From an uncultured Candidatus Saccharibacteria bacterium (GTDB lineage: Bacteria; Patescibacteriota; Minisyncoccia; Phycocordibacterales; DATDWN01), in assembly GCA_964551495.1 (NCBI GenBank), contig CAZKCA010000002.1, forward strand, positions 19,648 through 83,647: 64,000 bases of DNA, in the 5' to 3' direction. Numbering within the stretch: position 1 is the first letter of the stretch; every line of letters starts with the position of its first letter. Both the position numbers and the translations under genes were made by a program. The notes under the pieces are model-generated. The model was not told the DNA's origin. It saw only the letters and a list, made by a program, of their open reading frames with translations, and ran no database searches. Below, in pieces: positions 1-10,096 of the stretch.

Positions 1-795
1 TAGTTTCCAAGCATCCACATTGGCTTGAGCAGCCATCATTCTATCTACTAGTTGTTGAGAACTCATTTCAAGAGAAAATATTCCAACAGGAGTTTTGTGG
101 TTGACTGAAGCTTGTCTGGCAATATCTAAAGCTAATGATGTTTTACCAACAGATGGCCTAGCAGCCAAAATAATTAGATCTGATTTTTGTAAACCTGAAA
201 GTTTTTTATCTATATCTACAAAACCAGTTGGTATTCCTCTCATTCCTTGTCCTTCTGTATGGATTCTATCCAACCTTTCCCAAGCTTCATTTAATTCATC
301 TTTAATAGGAACAAATTTATGAGTTGTGTCGTAGTTTGTAACTTCAAATATTTTTTTCTCGGCACCCTCCAAAAGATCTTCTAGTTCTTTACTTTCATCA
401 TAACCCATCTGACTTATATGATCAGAAGCTTCTATAAGTCTTCGCATCATGTATTTCTTTTGAACTATCTCTGCATAATAAGAAATGTTTGATGCAGAGG
501 GAACGGAATGAATAATTTCGGTTAGATATGTGTTTCCGCCTATTTGATCAATCCATCCTTTTTCGGTTAGTTTGCTAGAAACAGAAAGAAGATCTATTGG
601 TTGGTGTTTGGAAAATAGCTCCATCATAGAATCAAAAATTATTCTATGTTTTTCTGAATAAAAAGAATCTTTAGAAATAATGTCTATAATCTCGTATAGA
701 GATTCTGGTCTGAGCATTATAGATCCCAAAAGTGCCATTTCTGCTTCCAAGTTTTGGGGAGGTATTCTCATTGCTTTTGGTTTTATTTCTGCCAT
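1..795 (-). CDS. dnaB: replicative DNA helicase DnaB, N-terminal ~265 codons (gene runs off the window start)
   Basis: Reverse translation from ATG at 793-795 gives MAEIKPKAMRIPPQNLEAEMALLGS..., then GLQKSDLIILAARPSVGKTSLALDIA (DnaB Walker A) and FSLEMSSQQLVDRMM. No stop before position 1, so it is absent from the ORF track. Confidence 0.85.
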   Translation of the reverse strand, partial: MAEIKPKAMRIPPQNLEAEMALLGSIMLRPESLYEIIDIISKDSFYSEKHRIIFDSMMELFSKHQPIDLLSVSSKLTEKGWIDQIGGNTYLTEIIHSVPSASNISYYAEIVQKKYMMRRLIEASDHISQMGYDESKELEDLLEGAEKKIFEVTNYDTTHKFVPIKDELNEAWERLDRIHTEGQGMRGIPTGFVDIDKKLSGLQKSDLIILAARPSVGKTSLALDIARQASVNHKTPVGIFSLEMSSQQLVDRMMAAQANVDAWKL

Positions 796-872
796 AAGAA
801 GAATTCTAACATTTTAAAAAGGAGCTGGGCTACTTTACAATGTGTCTATACTGTTTGTAAGTTGGGGAAATC

Positions 873-2279
873 TTATTTTTTGGAGATTTTTGGGCCGTTT
901 TCAGTATCTTTTACAGAAAAACCTAGATTTTCTATCTTTTTTCTTATTTCATCAGATTTTTGCCAATCCTTTTCTGCTCGAGATTTTTCTCTTTCGTCGA
1001 TTAGTTTTTTGACTTCTTCTGGTATTTCTACAATTTCAATTGAATCAAGATTTAAACCAAACACTTTATCAAAATCTAAAATTAGGTGTTTTTTTTGGGA
1101 GTTGTCTAATGAATCATCTTTTATTATATCCCAAGTTAAGGCGAGTGCTTTTGGTGTATCTAAATCATTATTTATAAATTCTTTGAATTTTTCTTTGTAG
1201 GTTTCTGTTTGGTTACTGTCTGTTTCTGGACCAAATTCTAAAACTTTTTCTTTTAGTCTTTCCAGGGCATTTTTAGAAGCTTCTAATGATTGCCAGCTAA
1301 AAAGTAGTGGGGAAGAGTAGTGGGCTGTCAGTATTAAATATCTAAAAGAAAGAGGATCAAAACCTTTGTCTAAAATCGTTTGTAGTCTGATGAAATTTTC
1401 TTCAGATTTGGCCATCTTACCAGACTCCACATTTAAAAAAGCATTGTGTATCCAAAAATTAGCTAAAGGTTTTTCGTTTGCACAAGTTGATTGAGCTATT
1501 TCATTTGTGTGGTGCACTGGTATATGATCTATTCCTCCAGTGTGGACATCTATTGTTTCTCCCAAAATCTCTTTTATCATTGCTGAACATTCTATGTGCC
1601 AACCAGGAAAACCCATCTTGTCACTTCTTGGACTTTTCCATTCTTGAAGTCTGTGTTCTCCAGGTTTTGAAAATTTCCATAATGCAAAATCTTGTATATC
1701 TTCTTTTTCTCCTGTTGGTATAACTCTAGCGAATTCTTCCTCCATATTACTTCTGTCTATACCAAAAAGTTTTTGATATTCTGGAAATTTTGAAGTTTTG
1801 AAATATATTGCGTCATCTGTAATATAAGCGAAATCTTTATCCAGCAGTTTTTCGATCATATTTTTTTGAGATTCTATATGTTCAGTAGCTTTAGGAAAAA
1901 TTATTTTTTCTCTATGTATATTTAATCTATCTAAATCTTCAAAAAATTTTTCTGTATAAAACTTAGTTATCTCTTCTGCATCTTTTCCTTCTTTTTTGGC
2001 TTCTTTTTCTATTTTGTCTTCGCCAAAATCCGCATCTGAAGTTAGATGCCCAACATCAGTTATATTTATTACCTGTTTTACAGAAAAATCATTATACTCA
2101 AACATTCTACGTAGGGTGTCTGCAAAAATATAACTTCTCAGATTTCCTAAGTGTGCATAGTTGTAAACAGTTGGACCACAGTTATACATTAATACTTCTC
2201 CTTCTTTTATAGGTCTAAAAGTTTCTTTTTTGCCAGTAAGACTGTTTTGTAGTTTTATTTCCATTTTATTTACATCCAT
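873..2279 (-). CDS. cysS: cysteinyl-tRNA synthetase
   Basis: 468 aa with class I motifs [13 protein letters not shown] (HIGH-like) and KMAKSEEN (KMSKS) and overall CysRS architecture. Confidence 0.95.
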   Translation of the reverse strand: MDVNKMEIKLQNSLTGKKETFRPIKEGEVLMYNCGPTVYNYAHLGNLRSYIFADTLRRMFEYNDFSVKQVINITDVGHLTSDADFGEDKIEKEAKKEGKDAEEITKFYTEKFFEDLDRLNIHREKIIFPKATEHIESQKNMIEKLLDKDFAYITDDAIYFKTSKFPEYQKLFGIDRSNMEEEFARVIPTGEKEDIQDFALWKFSKPGEHRLQEWKSPRSDKMGFPGWHIECSAMIKEILGETIDVHTGGIDHIPVHHTNEIAQSTCANEKPLANFWIHNAFLNVESGKMAKSEENFIRLQTILDKGFDPLSFRYLILTAHYSSPLLFSWQSLEASKNALERLKEKVLEFGPETDSNQTETYKEKFKEFINNDLDTPKALALTWDIIKDDSLDNSQKKHLILDFDKVFGLNLDSIEIVEIPEEVKKLIDEREKSRAEKDWQKSDEIRKKIENLGFSVKDTENGPKISKK

Positions 2280-3184
2280 TTTTTGTTTTTAGCATATATG
2301 ATGGCTATGACAACAGATAATAACATTATTGTTATAGCCATCCAAAATCCATTTGGATTATTGGCAAAAGGAATATTTGACATACTCATTCCAAAAACTT
2401 GTCCAATAACAGTAAGAGGTAGGATTATAAATCCCATAATAGTTAACTGCTTCATTATTTCATTTTGTTTTGAAGACAAAAGAGAATCATTAGTTTCTCT
2501 TAGTTGTTGCAATATCTCCAGGTTGCTGATTATAGTGCTATGTATTTTTGAATATTCAAGATAAACAGATTCCATATCTTTAACAAATTCTTTACCCAAA
2601 AGATCTTTACCGTTTATTATTATTGACTCAAGGATTTCTTTGTGAAGATCTGTTGTTTTTTTGAAGTCCAAAAGAATTCTGGTTATCTCAGAAATTTTTA
2701 TAACCATTTCTTTTTCTTTGCCTTCAAATATTCTATTAGTGATTTGTTTAGTTGTATCTTCCATGTATAACAACTCATCAAAAATACCCTTGTATAGTGA
2801 TTTAAGCATTGAAACAAAAATGGAGTGACCATTTAGTTCTTCTTCTCTGTCTGTTATCTCTTTTACTTCTAGTTCTTTGGCAAATTTGTGTAGAGGATCT
2901 ATTGTATCGTATCTAGCCGTTATGAGAATATTTTTACCAAGAATAAAATCAATCTCTTGGTCGGGCATATTTTTTTTGTGAGTATGCTTAAACGCTGGGA
3001 AATGAATTATTGTATAAACATAACCATCCCTAAATTCTATTCGTGGTTTTGGGGTTGTAGAAGTTAGTTCTTTTGCAACCAGAGGGTGTACAGAGTATTC
3101 TTCCATTATCTGACTAATTTCTTCTGGTGTTGGATCGTTTAGATCAACCCAGGTCTCTTTTTTATAGGTGTATTTATTTATCAT
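2270..3184 (-). CDS. corA: CorA-family Mg2+/Co2+ transporter (signature reads GMS instead of GMN)
   Basis: 304 aa with a cytoplasmic N-domain and two C-terminal TM helices. Motif QVFGMSMSNIPF sits where CorA proteins carry YGMNF. Confidence 0.8.
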   Translation of the reverse strand: MINKYTYKKETWVDLNDPTPEEISQIMEEYSVHPLVAKELTSTTPKPRIEFRDGYVYTIIHFPAFKHTHKKNMPDQEIDFILGKNILITARYDTIDPLHKFAKELEVKEITDREEELNGHSIFVSMLKSLYKGIFDELLYMEDTTKQITNRIFEGKEKEMVIKISEITRILLDFKKTTDLHKEILESIIINGKDLLGKEFVKDMESVYLEYSKIHSTIISNLEILQQLRETNDSLLSSKQNEIMKQLTIMGFIILPLTVIGQVFGMSMSNIPFANNPNGFWMAITIMLLSVVIAIIYAKNKKWM

Positions 3185-3264
3185 ATAAGATAATTATATA
3201 AATCTTTATAAATAAACACAAAATTATTTGACCTCTTAAAAGTTATTTGCGATAATTTTTTCAG

Positions 3265-4491
3265 ATGGATAAATTAATTTCTAATAAAAAGCATTTAACA
3301 GTTGGACTCCTTATTATATTAGGAGTGTTTTTTTCTGGATTTTTTATAGGTAAAGCCAATCAGTCTGATAAAAGTAAAATACTAAATGTAACAAACAAGG
3401 ATCCGGAAGGTAATGTTTCTGTTGATTTTTCTCCATTTTGGAAAGCTTGGAATACTATAAATGAAAAATATATACCTACTTCTACTACAACTTCTGAAAT
3501 AGATGATCAAAAAAGACTTTATGGTGCTATAGCTGGTATGACAAAAGCATTGGGTGACCCGTATACTGTATTTTTCCCACCAGTTGAGTCAAAAAGTTTT
3601 GAAGAAGAAATAAGTGGAAACTTTGAAGGGGTTGGAATGGAAATTGGTATAAGAGATGGTGTTTTGACTGTTGTAGCGCCACTTAAAAACACTCCAGCCT
3701 ATAGAGCAGGTATCCTTTCTGGTGATAAAATAATACAAATCAACAACGTTTCCACAAATGATCTAAGTACAGAAGAAGCTGTCTCTATGATAAGAGGTAA
3801 AAGAGGAACAGAGGTTGAATTTACAATGCTAAGAGACGGAGAGGAAGAACCTATTAAAATAAAAGTTATAAGAGATGTTATAGATATTCCTACTATAGAT
3901 ACAGAAATAAAAGGTGATGTTTTTATAATCAGACTTTATAATTTTTCAGCTATTTCACAAAATCTTTTCAGGCAAGCACTACGAGAATTCGTAGAGTCTG
4001 GAAGGTATAAGTTGGTATTGGATTTGAGGGGAAATCCTGGTGGATATTTGGAGGCATCTATAGATATGGCTAGCTGGTTTTTACCACCAGGAAAAGTAGT
4101 GGTTAAAGAAGATTTTAAAGATATATCAAAAAACCAGTCTTTTAGAAGTAAAGGGTATAATATTTTTAATGATTCTTTGAAGATGGTCATTTTGATAGAT
4201 GGTGGTTCTGCTTCAGCTTCTGAAATATTAGCAGGTGCTTTAAATGAACATGGTGTAGCAAAACTTATAGGAACCAAATCTTTTGGAAAAGGATCTGTTC
4301 AAGAGTTGGTAAAAATAACAGACGATACTTCACTAAAAATTACAGTGGCTAGATGGCTTACTCCAAATGGTCATTCTATATCAGATGGAGGATTAACTCC
4401 TGATATAGAAGTTGCTCTAGATATCGAGGCTTTTAAAGAAGGGAAAGATAATCAATTGGAAAAAGCCTTAGAATACTTAAAAGAGTTCTAG
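3265..4491 (+). CDS. ctpA: carboxy-terminal processing protease (S41, PDZ domain)
   Basis: N-terminal TM, PDZ segment GILSGDKIIQIN, S41 catalytic region ILIDGGSASASEILAGAL, and a following Lys-containing region. Confidence 0.85.
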   Translation: MDKLISNKKHLTVGLLIILGVFFSGFFIGKANQSDKSKILNVTNKDPEGNVSVDFSPFWKAWNTINEKYIPTSTTTSEIDDQKRLYGAIAGMTKALGDPYTVFFPPVESKSFEEEISGNFEGVGMEIGIRDGVLTVVAPLKNTPAYRAGILSGDKIIQINNVSTNDLSTEEAVSMIRGKRGTEVEFTMLRDGEEEPIKIKVIRDVIDIPTIDTEIKGDVFIIRLYNFSAISQNLFRQALREFVESGRYKLVLDLRGNPGGYLEASIDMASWFLPPGKVVVKEDFKDISKNQSFRSKGYNIFNDSLKMVILIDGGSASASEILAGALNEHGVAKLIGTKSFGKGSVQELVKITDDTSLKITVARWLTPNGHSISDGGLTPDIEVALDIEAFKEGKDNQLEKALEYLKEF

Positions 4492-4588
4492 ATTTTGATT
4501 TAATCTTGTGATAGAGTGTTTTCACTAAATTTTATTAATTAATAAACAAAATAATCTTCTTTTATTTGCGAGATTATTTACAAATAGG

Positions 4589-5032
4589 ATGAAAGTCATA
4601 TTACTTAAAGATGTTGCTAAAATAGGAAAAAAGTTTGATATAAAAAATGTTGCTGATGGTTATGCTTTAAATTTTCTTATACCTAAGAAATTGGCTATAT
4701 TGGCTACAAAAGAAGCTGTTTCTAAAATAGAGGAATCCAAAAAACTCCAAACAGCAGAAAAAAATATCCAAGCAGAGCTTCTACTCAAGAACTTAGAGAC
4801 TTTGGCTTCATCTAACGTTGTTATTAAAAGTAAAGCTAATGAGAAAGGGCATCTTTTTGCAGGGGTAGATAAAAAAGAATTAATTGCAGAGATAAAAAAA
4901 CAAGTTAGGTTAGACATTCCAGAAGATTTAATTGAATTAGAAAAACCAATTAAAGAGGTAGGGGATCATAAAATAAAAATGTCATTTGAAAAAAAGAAAT
5001 TTGAGATGACTGTAAAAATAGAAAATATATAA
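4589..5032 (+). CDS. rplI: ribosomal protein L9
   Basis: [36 protein letters not shown] is the canonical L9 N-terminus; length 147 aa. Confidence 0.9.
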   Translation: MKVILLKDVAKIGKKFDIKNVADGYALNFLIPKKLAILATKEAVSKIEESKKLQTAEKNIQAELLLKNLETLASSNVVIKSKANEKGHLFAGVDKKELIAEIKKQVRLDIPEDLIELEKPIKEVGDHKIKMSFEKKKFEMTVKIENI

Positions 5033-5033
5033 C

Positions 5034-5060
5034 AAAAAACTCCCAGAAAGGGAGTTTTTT
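5034..5060. terminator. intrinsic terminator hairpin between convergent rplI and rpmA
   Basis: AAAAAACTCCC-AGAAA-GGGAGTTTTTT, a stem-loop with A/T runs on both sides (bidirectional). Confidence 0.6.
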
Positions 5061-5061
5061 G

Positions 5062-5334
5062 TTATATTACATTAACTACTTTTTTTATTACTGTTTTATT
5101 ATTGAAGTGAGTTTTTCTTTTTGTTCCAAACTCTATTTTACCTTCTTTTAGAGCATAAAGAGTGTGGTCTTTACCCATACCAACATTTTTACCTGGTAAA
5201 ACATCTGTTCCTCTTTGTCTTACAATAATAGAACCAGCAAAAGCTTTATCACCTGATGTGACTTTTACACCCAAATACTTTGGATTTGAATCTCTACCGT
5301 TTTTACTTACACCGGCTGATTTTTTATGTGCCAT
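5062..5334 (-). CDS. rpmA: ribosomal protein L27
   Basis: [24 protein letters not shown]...[10 protein letters not shown] is the L27 signature. Confidence 0.9.
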   Translation of the reverse strand: MAHKKSAGVSKNGRDSNPKYLGVKVTSGDKAFAGSIIVRQRGTDVLPGKNVGMGKDHTLYALKEGKIEFGTKRKTHFNNKTVIKKVVNVI

Positions 5335-5375
5335 ACTGTTTTAATTCTAAATTTTTGCTGATAAAATAATGTTGT

Positions 5376-5768
5376 ATGAGTATAAAAGAATTTGTGGAAA
5401 AAATCAAGCCTTTATACACCCTTTTTCTTATAATTGTAATAGCTAGTATTTTCTTTGCTCTAGGTAGGCTTTCAGCCCTAGAAGATAGAAAAACACCACT
5501 TAAGATAATAAATCAAGATATAGGCCAAAATAAGCCTTTAGAAGGGCAGAATACAGCAAATGTCATAGATTCTGTTGTTTTAGAGAGTCAAATTAGCAAT
5601 CAAAACTCTGGTGAAGTGGTAGCTTCTAAATCGGGTAGTAAATATCATTTTCCATGGTGTTCTGGTGCAAAGTCTATAAAACCAGAAAATCTTATAACTT
5701 TTGGTTCTATTGAAGAGGCCAGAAAGGCTGGCTACGAGCCAGCTAAGAATTGTAAGGGCTTGAAATAG
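5376..5768 (+). CDS. membrane-anchored protein with C-terminal Ada-like metal-binding domain (degenerate)
   Basis: N-terminal TM helix. C-terminal KYHFPWCSGAKSIKPENLITFGSIEEARKAGYEPAKNC resembles the Ada N-terminal Zn-binding domain pattern (F/Y-C-x-P-x-C ... EN ... EA..AG..PCK.C) with two Cys replaced. Confidence 0.4.
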   Translation: MSIKEFVEKIKPLYTLFLIIVIASIFFALGRLSALEDRKTPLKIINQDIGQNKPLEGQNTANVIDSVVLESQISNQNSGEVVASKSGSKYHFPWCSGAKSIKPENLITFGSIEEARKAGYEPAKNCKGLK

Positions 5769-5775
5769 AGTAATA

Positions 5776-5808
5776 GAAAAACCCGCGCCAAGGTGGGAGG
5801 CGCGGGTT
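5776..5808. terminator. GC-rich hairpin, terminator for the minus-strand gene 5822-6412
   Basis: CCCGCGCC-AAGGTGGGAG-GCGCGGG. On the minus strand it is followed by TTTTTCTATT. Confidence 0.5.
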
Positions 5809-5821
5809 GCGAAGAATCCTT

Positions 5822-6412
5822 TCATTCTTCAGTGTTGGTCTTGCATGGCAAGACCGGACAGATCCCGAAGGGGCGATCAGGGAACTTCTTGCAAAACCTT
5901 TTCAAGGTGGTCACAGTGATTCCTTTCTCGTCACTGTAGACTGTGAGGAATTCTCCTCGATGTTTTTGCGGACAAACAAGTCCGCTTTCGGCGTATCGAA
6001 TTCGTGGAGATTTCACTCCTCTGGATCTTTGGATTGCAAAGGATGCAGTTTCTGAAAACAGATACTGCATAACAGTTTGACATTTGAAAGAATGAAATTG
6101 TTCAGGAGTCCCTCTGAACTCAGGATGAATTTCAAATCCGAAAGGAAAACAAACTATTTCCTCTTCGGAAGAAGGGTCAACCTCGATTCCGTTGTCAACA
6201 TTTATGATGACGCCGAAATTTATCAGAAACAGGTCCAGCGCATCAGCAAAATGAAGCCTGGATGTCACAACTGGCTCTGCTTTGTCAAAGTAGGCCAGGG
6301 TATGGTTTCTCACAGAGATCGAATGGGGAACTCGTAGATTTTCCCCAAATAGATCAAGAATGCTTGTAATTCTTGTTGGCCATCCACCAACTAAGGCGAC
6401 AGCAGCTGACAT
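5822..6412 (-). CDS. hypothetical protein, GC-anomalous (about 47% GC versus about 30% in flanks)
   Basis: 196-aa uninterrupted ORF in a locally GC-rich block. It has its own upstream -35/-10-like sequences (TTGACA..17..GTAAAT, minus sense) and a downstream hairpin. No family recognised by eye. Confidence 0.5.
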   Translation of the reverse strand: MSAAVALVGGWPTRITSILDLFGENLRVPHSISVRNHTLAYFDKAEPVVTSRLHFADALDLFLINFGVIINVDNGIEVDPSSEEEIVCFPFGFEIHPEFRGTPEQFHSFKCQTVMQYLFSETASFAIQRSRGVKSPRIRYAESGLVCPQKHRGEFLTVYSDEKGITVTTLKRFCKKFPDRPFGICPVLPCKTNTEE

Positions 6413-6481
6413 TGTTGTTTCCTTTCTTTTTCCCTGCTATCAGGGAATTCTTATTAAAATTTACAATTTTTTGTCTGTATG

Positions 6482-6506
6482 TGTCAACACTTATCCACTG
6501 TTGACT
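6482..6506. promoter_or_regulatory. imperfect palindrome TGTCAACA-N9-TGTTGACT in the divergent region between the GC-rich gene and the ABC efflux operon
   Basis: 8-bp arms with 7/8 complementarity. It overlaps the TTGACA -35-like hexamer (minus sense) and lies 40 bp upstream of the ABC permease start. A MarR gene ends the operon downstream. Confidence 0.4.
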
Positions 6507-6542
6507 TGTTAACTATAAAAATGTAAACTTTTAGGAGTATTT

Positions 6543-7835
6543 ATGAAATCGGCAGAATTGACTAAAAAGAGAGAGAAAAGATTTGATAAATTTAAAACCT
6601 CCATATCTCTTGGTTTCTTTTTGGCTATAAGACAAATAAAAAGAAGTAGTATTGGAACTACTGCGCTTATTGTTTTTGTGATGACACTAACATTTCTAAA
6701 CCTTGTCGTTGTTTATGGTATTTTGGTTGGACTAATACAGGGTTCTGTTGATGTTTACAAAGAAAAATTTTATGGAGATGTAAATATTTCGTCTTTGCCC
6801 AGAAAAGAATACATAGAAAAAAGCCCTGAAATAATTGAAATAGTTAAAGGTTTGCCTTGGCTGGAATCATATTCTGCAAGATACACAAAAAGTGGAACAG
6901 TAGAAGGGACTTATAAAGAAAGAATAGACTATACAGAAAAAGCAAATATAGCAGGAGGAATATTGACTGGGATTGATCCAGAAAAAGAAGATGCCACAAC
7001 TGAAATATCAAAATTTGTTGTAGAAGGACGATATCTAACTCGAGAAGATTCTGACGGGGTTATTTTGGGAGCCAATACACTCAAAAAATATTTAGATATT
7101 GATGCACCAGAACTTCCTCTTTTGGAAAACGTAGAAGTTGGGGACAAAGTTAGGATTATTGTTGGTGATTATACAAAAGAAGTTACGGTTATTGGTGTCA
7201 TAAAAAGTAAAGCAGATTTCGATCAGAGAATTGTAATGCTTGATACTACACTTAGAAATCTTATAGGAAGAACAGATTATAACGTAAATGAAATAGCTAT
7301 CAGAACAAAACCTTTTACTGATCCTTATTTGGTAAAAAATGCATTGATGCAAAGTGGAGTAGGGGAAACAGCTTTGGTTCAAACTTTTGAGGAAGGTTTG
7401 CCAAAATTTTTGAAAGATATTCAAGCAACTTTTGGACTTTTGGGTAATGTAGTTGGATCTATTGGTTTAGTAGTCGCCTCCATTACAATATTTATTGTTA
7501 TTTATATAAACGCTATTACTCGCAGAAAGTTTATTGGTATTTTGAAAGGTATAGGTATAGATTCAATAGCAATAGAATTTTCCTACATACTACAATCTCT
7601 ATTTTATGCAGTCATGGGTATTCTTTTAGGAATGACTATTCTATACGGATTTTTGGTTCCTTATATAGACGCAAATCCTATAAACTTCCCATTTAGTGAT
7701 GGTATTTTGGTTGCAAATTTGGGAGAAACTTTGATTAGAGCCGGACTTTTGCTTATCGCAACAATATTTGCTGGATTTATACCTGCGCGATTGGTCGTAA
7801 AACAAAATACATTAGATGCTATTTTAGGAAGATAA
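6543..7835 (+). CDS. ABC transporter permease, FtsX/MacB-like
   Basis: 430 aa with N-terminal TM, a large extracytoplasmic domain and three C-terminal TMs (FtsX fold). Co-operonic with the ATPase and HlyD adaptor. Confidence 0.85.
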   Translation: MKSAELTKKREKRFDKFKTSISLGFFLAIRQIKRSSIGTTALIVFVMTLTFLNLVVVYGILVGLIQGSVDVYKEKFYGDVNISSLPRKEYIEKSPEIIEIVKGLPWLESYSARYTKSGTVEGTYKERIDYTEKANIAGGILTGIDPEKEDATTEISKFVVEGRYLTREDSDGVILGANTLKKYLDIDAPELPLLENVEVGDKVRIIVGDYTKEVTVIGVIKSKADFDQRIVMLDTTLRNLIGRTDYNVNEIAIRTKPFTDPYLVKNALMQSGVGETALVQTFEEGLPKFLKDIQATFGLLGNVVGSIGLVVASITIFIVIYINAITRRKFIGILKGIGIDSIAIEFSYILQSLFYAVMGILLGMTILYGFLVPYIDANPINFPFSDGILVANLGETLIRAGLLLIATIFAGFIPARLVVKQNTLDAILGR

Positions 7836-7840
7836 AATTT

Positions 7841-8530
7841 ATGGAAGAAATAATAAAAGTAAAAGGATTGGTTAAATCATATAAAAGCGGAGATTCAGAG
7901 CTGGTTGTTTTGAAAGATTTAGATTTGTCTGTTCCAAAAGGCCAATTTATCTCTATCACCGGTAAATCTGGTTCTGGTAAGTCAACTCTTCTTTATCAGT
8001 TGGGTCTTTTGGATCATCCAAATAAAGGTCTGATAATAATAGATGGTGTTGATATTAGTGATTTGGATGCAGAAGATAGGACAGATTTTAGACTTTCAGA
8101 ATTGGGCTATGTTTTCCAAGACTATGCCTTGATACCGGAATTAACTTCTATGGAAAATGTTATGCTACCTCTACTTATGCAAGGATTAACAATCAAAGAA
8201 GCCACAAAAAAAGCAAAAGACTCTTTAGAAAGAATTGGGCTTGGTGATAAAGTTAATAACTTACCAAGTCAGCTTTCTGGAGGACAACAACAGAGAGTTT
8301 CTATAGCTAGAGCCATAGCCCATGATCCAAAAATAATTTTTGCAGATGAACCTACTGCAAATTTGGATACTGAAACCTCAAAATCTGTCTTGGATGCTTT
8401 TTTGGATTTACATAAACAAGGACAAACTATAGTTATGGTAACTCACGAAAAAGAATATGCAGATTTAACAGATAGGGTTGTGTTGTTAAGTGATGGAAAA
8501 ATTATGTCAGATTTAATGAATAAAAAATAA
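7841..8530 (+). CDS. ABC transporter ATP-binding protein (MacB/LolD-like)
   Basis: Walker A GKSGSGKSTLL, signature LSGGQQQRVSIARA, Walker B IIFADEPTANLD. Confidence 0.9.
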   Translation: MEEIIKVKGLVKSYKSGDSELVVLKDLDLSVPKGQFISITGKSGSGKSTLLYQLGLLDHPNKGLIIIDGVDISDLDAEDRTDFRLSELGYVFQDYALIPELTSMENVMLPLLMQGLTIKEATKKAKDSLERIGLGDKVNNLPSQLSGGQQQRVSIARAIAHDPKIIFADEPTANLDTETSKSVLDAFLDLHKQGQTIVMVTHEKEYADLTDRVVLLSDGKIMSDLMNKK

Positions 8531-8532
8531 TT

Positions 8533-10071
8533 ATGAAAAAGACAATTAATTTTATAAAAACAAGATATATTTTAAGTAGTATTATAGGTTTAGTTATTAT
8601 TTTAATCGTTGTTTTTGCTGTAAAATCTGGTAATGGTAAATATGAAATATTTGAAGTAACTAGAGGTGATGTGGTCCAAAAAGTTGTTGTTTTAGGAAAA
8701 ACTAAATCTGCTCAAGTAGTAGATCTTGGATTTGAAGTATCTGGTAGAGTAAGTCAGGTAAATGTTTCTGTTGGTGATAAGGTTTTTGTTGGACAAAATC
8801 TGGTTTCACTCGATCAGGGGACCGCCTATGCTGAACTTCTTAAGGCACAAGCAAACCTAGCTTCAGAAGAAGCTAACCTGTCTGAGTTAAAAAATGGAGC
8901 AAGATCTGAAGAAATAAGTATCTCTGAAGCAGAAGTTTCCAAGGCTCAAATTGCTGTTGTTGATTCAAAAGACGAGGTTTCTTCTAAAACAAGAGAAGCT
9001 TATATAAAATCTGACGATGTTATATATAATACAGTCGATAGTTTTTTCTCAAATCCTAGAAGTCAAAACCCGCAAATAAACTTAACTTTGTCTGATCTTC
9101 AATTGAGAAATAACCTAAATAATACCAGACTTTTGATAGAACCTTTGATGCAAGATTGGCGAGACAGTTCTTTTGATGGTTCAAGAGAATCAGTCTCTTT
9201 GGCTAAAAAAAACTTAAACTACCTAAAAAACTTTCTTGATCTTATGGCTAATGCTGTTAATAGCCAATCTGCAAACTCATCTCTTTCGCAAACAACCATT
9301 GATTCATATAAAGCATCTATTTCTGCTGCTAGAACAACCCTTATAAATTCTCTAAGTGGCGTTACAACAGCTGAAGAAAAACTTAATACTTCTGAATCTA
9401 ATTTGGTAGTAGCAGAAAGAAATTTAACTTTGAAAAAAGTTGGTGCGACAGAGGAAACAATAAAATCTGGAGAGGCTAGGGTGTTACAAGCACAGGCATC
9501 TGTTCAAAGTGCACAGGCTTCTCTATCTAAACTATCACTTAGATCACCTTTAAATGGAGTTGTGACTGTAAAAAATATAAATCCTGGTGAAATTGTAACT
9601 CCTGGATCAGTTGCTGTGTCACTTATATCTGAAAGTGACTTAGAAATAGAGGCTAATGTTTCTGAGATAAGCATAGGCAAAGTTACAGTAGGAAATGAAG
9701 TTGATATAACTTTTGATGCTTTTCCTGGTAGAGTTTTCAAAGGAGCTGTTGTCTATATAGACCCAGCTGAAACAGTTGTTAACGGTGTTGTAAACTACAA
9801 AGTAACAATTCAGTTTAATGAAAATTATCCAGAAGTAAGGAGTGGTTTAACTGCTAATCTAGATATTAAAACATCTATTAAACCTTCTGTCTTAAAAATT
9901 CCTCAGTATGGAATTATAAACAAAGATGATGGCAAATACGTTTCTGTTAAAAAAGGTAATTCTTTTGAAGAAGTCAAAATAGAAACTGGCTTGGTTGGCC
10001 AAGATGGTTTTGTTGAAGTATTGAGTGGACTAGAAGAGGGACAGGAAATAAATTTGGTTATAAAACCATAA
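8533..10071 (+). CDS. HlyD/MacA-family periplasmic adaptor (membrane fusion protein) with long coiled-coil
   Basis: N-terminal TM, lipoyl-like VSGRVSQVNVSVGDKVFVGQNLVSLD, a long coiled-coil, and a beta-barrel segment VTPGS...EVDITFDAFPGRVFKG. Confidence 0.8.
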   Translation: MKKTINFIKTRYILSSIIGLVIILIVVFAVKSGNGKYEIFEVTRGDVVQKVVVLGKTKSAQVVDLGFEVSGRVSQVNVSVGDKVFVGQNLVSLDQGTAYAELLKAQANLASEEANLSELKNGARSEEISISEAEVSKAQIAVVDSKDEVSSKTREAYIKSDDVIYNTVDSFFSNPRSQNPQINLTLSDLQLRNNLNNTRLLIEPLMQDWRDSSFDGSRESVSLAKKNLNYLKNFLDLMANAVNSQSANSSLSQTTIDSYKASISAARTTLINSLSGVTTAEEKLNTSESNLVVAERNLTLKKVGATEETIKSGEARVLQAQASVQSAQASLSKLSLRSPLNGVVTVKNINPGEIVTPGSVAVSLISESDLEIEANVSEISIGKVTVGNEVDITFDAFPGRVFKGAVVYIDPAETVVNGVVNYKVTIQFNENYPEVRSGLTANLDIKTSIKPSVLKIPQYGIINKDDGKYVSVKKGNSFEEVKIETGLVGQDGFVEVLSGLEEGQEINLVIKP

Positions 10072-10096
10072 ATTTTTTGTCTCTATTTTTAAAATT

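Noticed and set aside
95-1200. ORF-track entries 95-322 (+) and 754-1200 (+)
   Set aside because: They are antisense to dnaB and cysS respectively and have low-complexity translations. They are shadow ORFs.
3936-4277. 113-aa minus-strand ORF inside ctpA, and similar internal opposite-strand ORFs (4660-4917, 6929-7424, 9504-9740, 20519-20901, 23989-25038, 25383-25961, 35440-36763, 39541-39897, 41019-42848, 54580-54952, 56451-56911, 61713-63182)
   Set aside because: All lie within well-supported genes on the other strand or frame and have low-complexity or biased composition. They are shadow ORFs.
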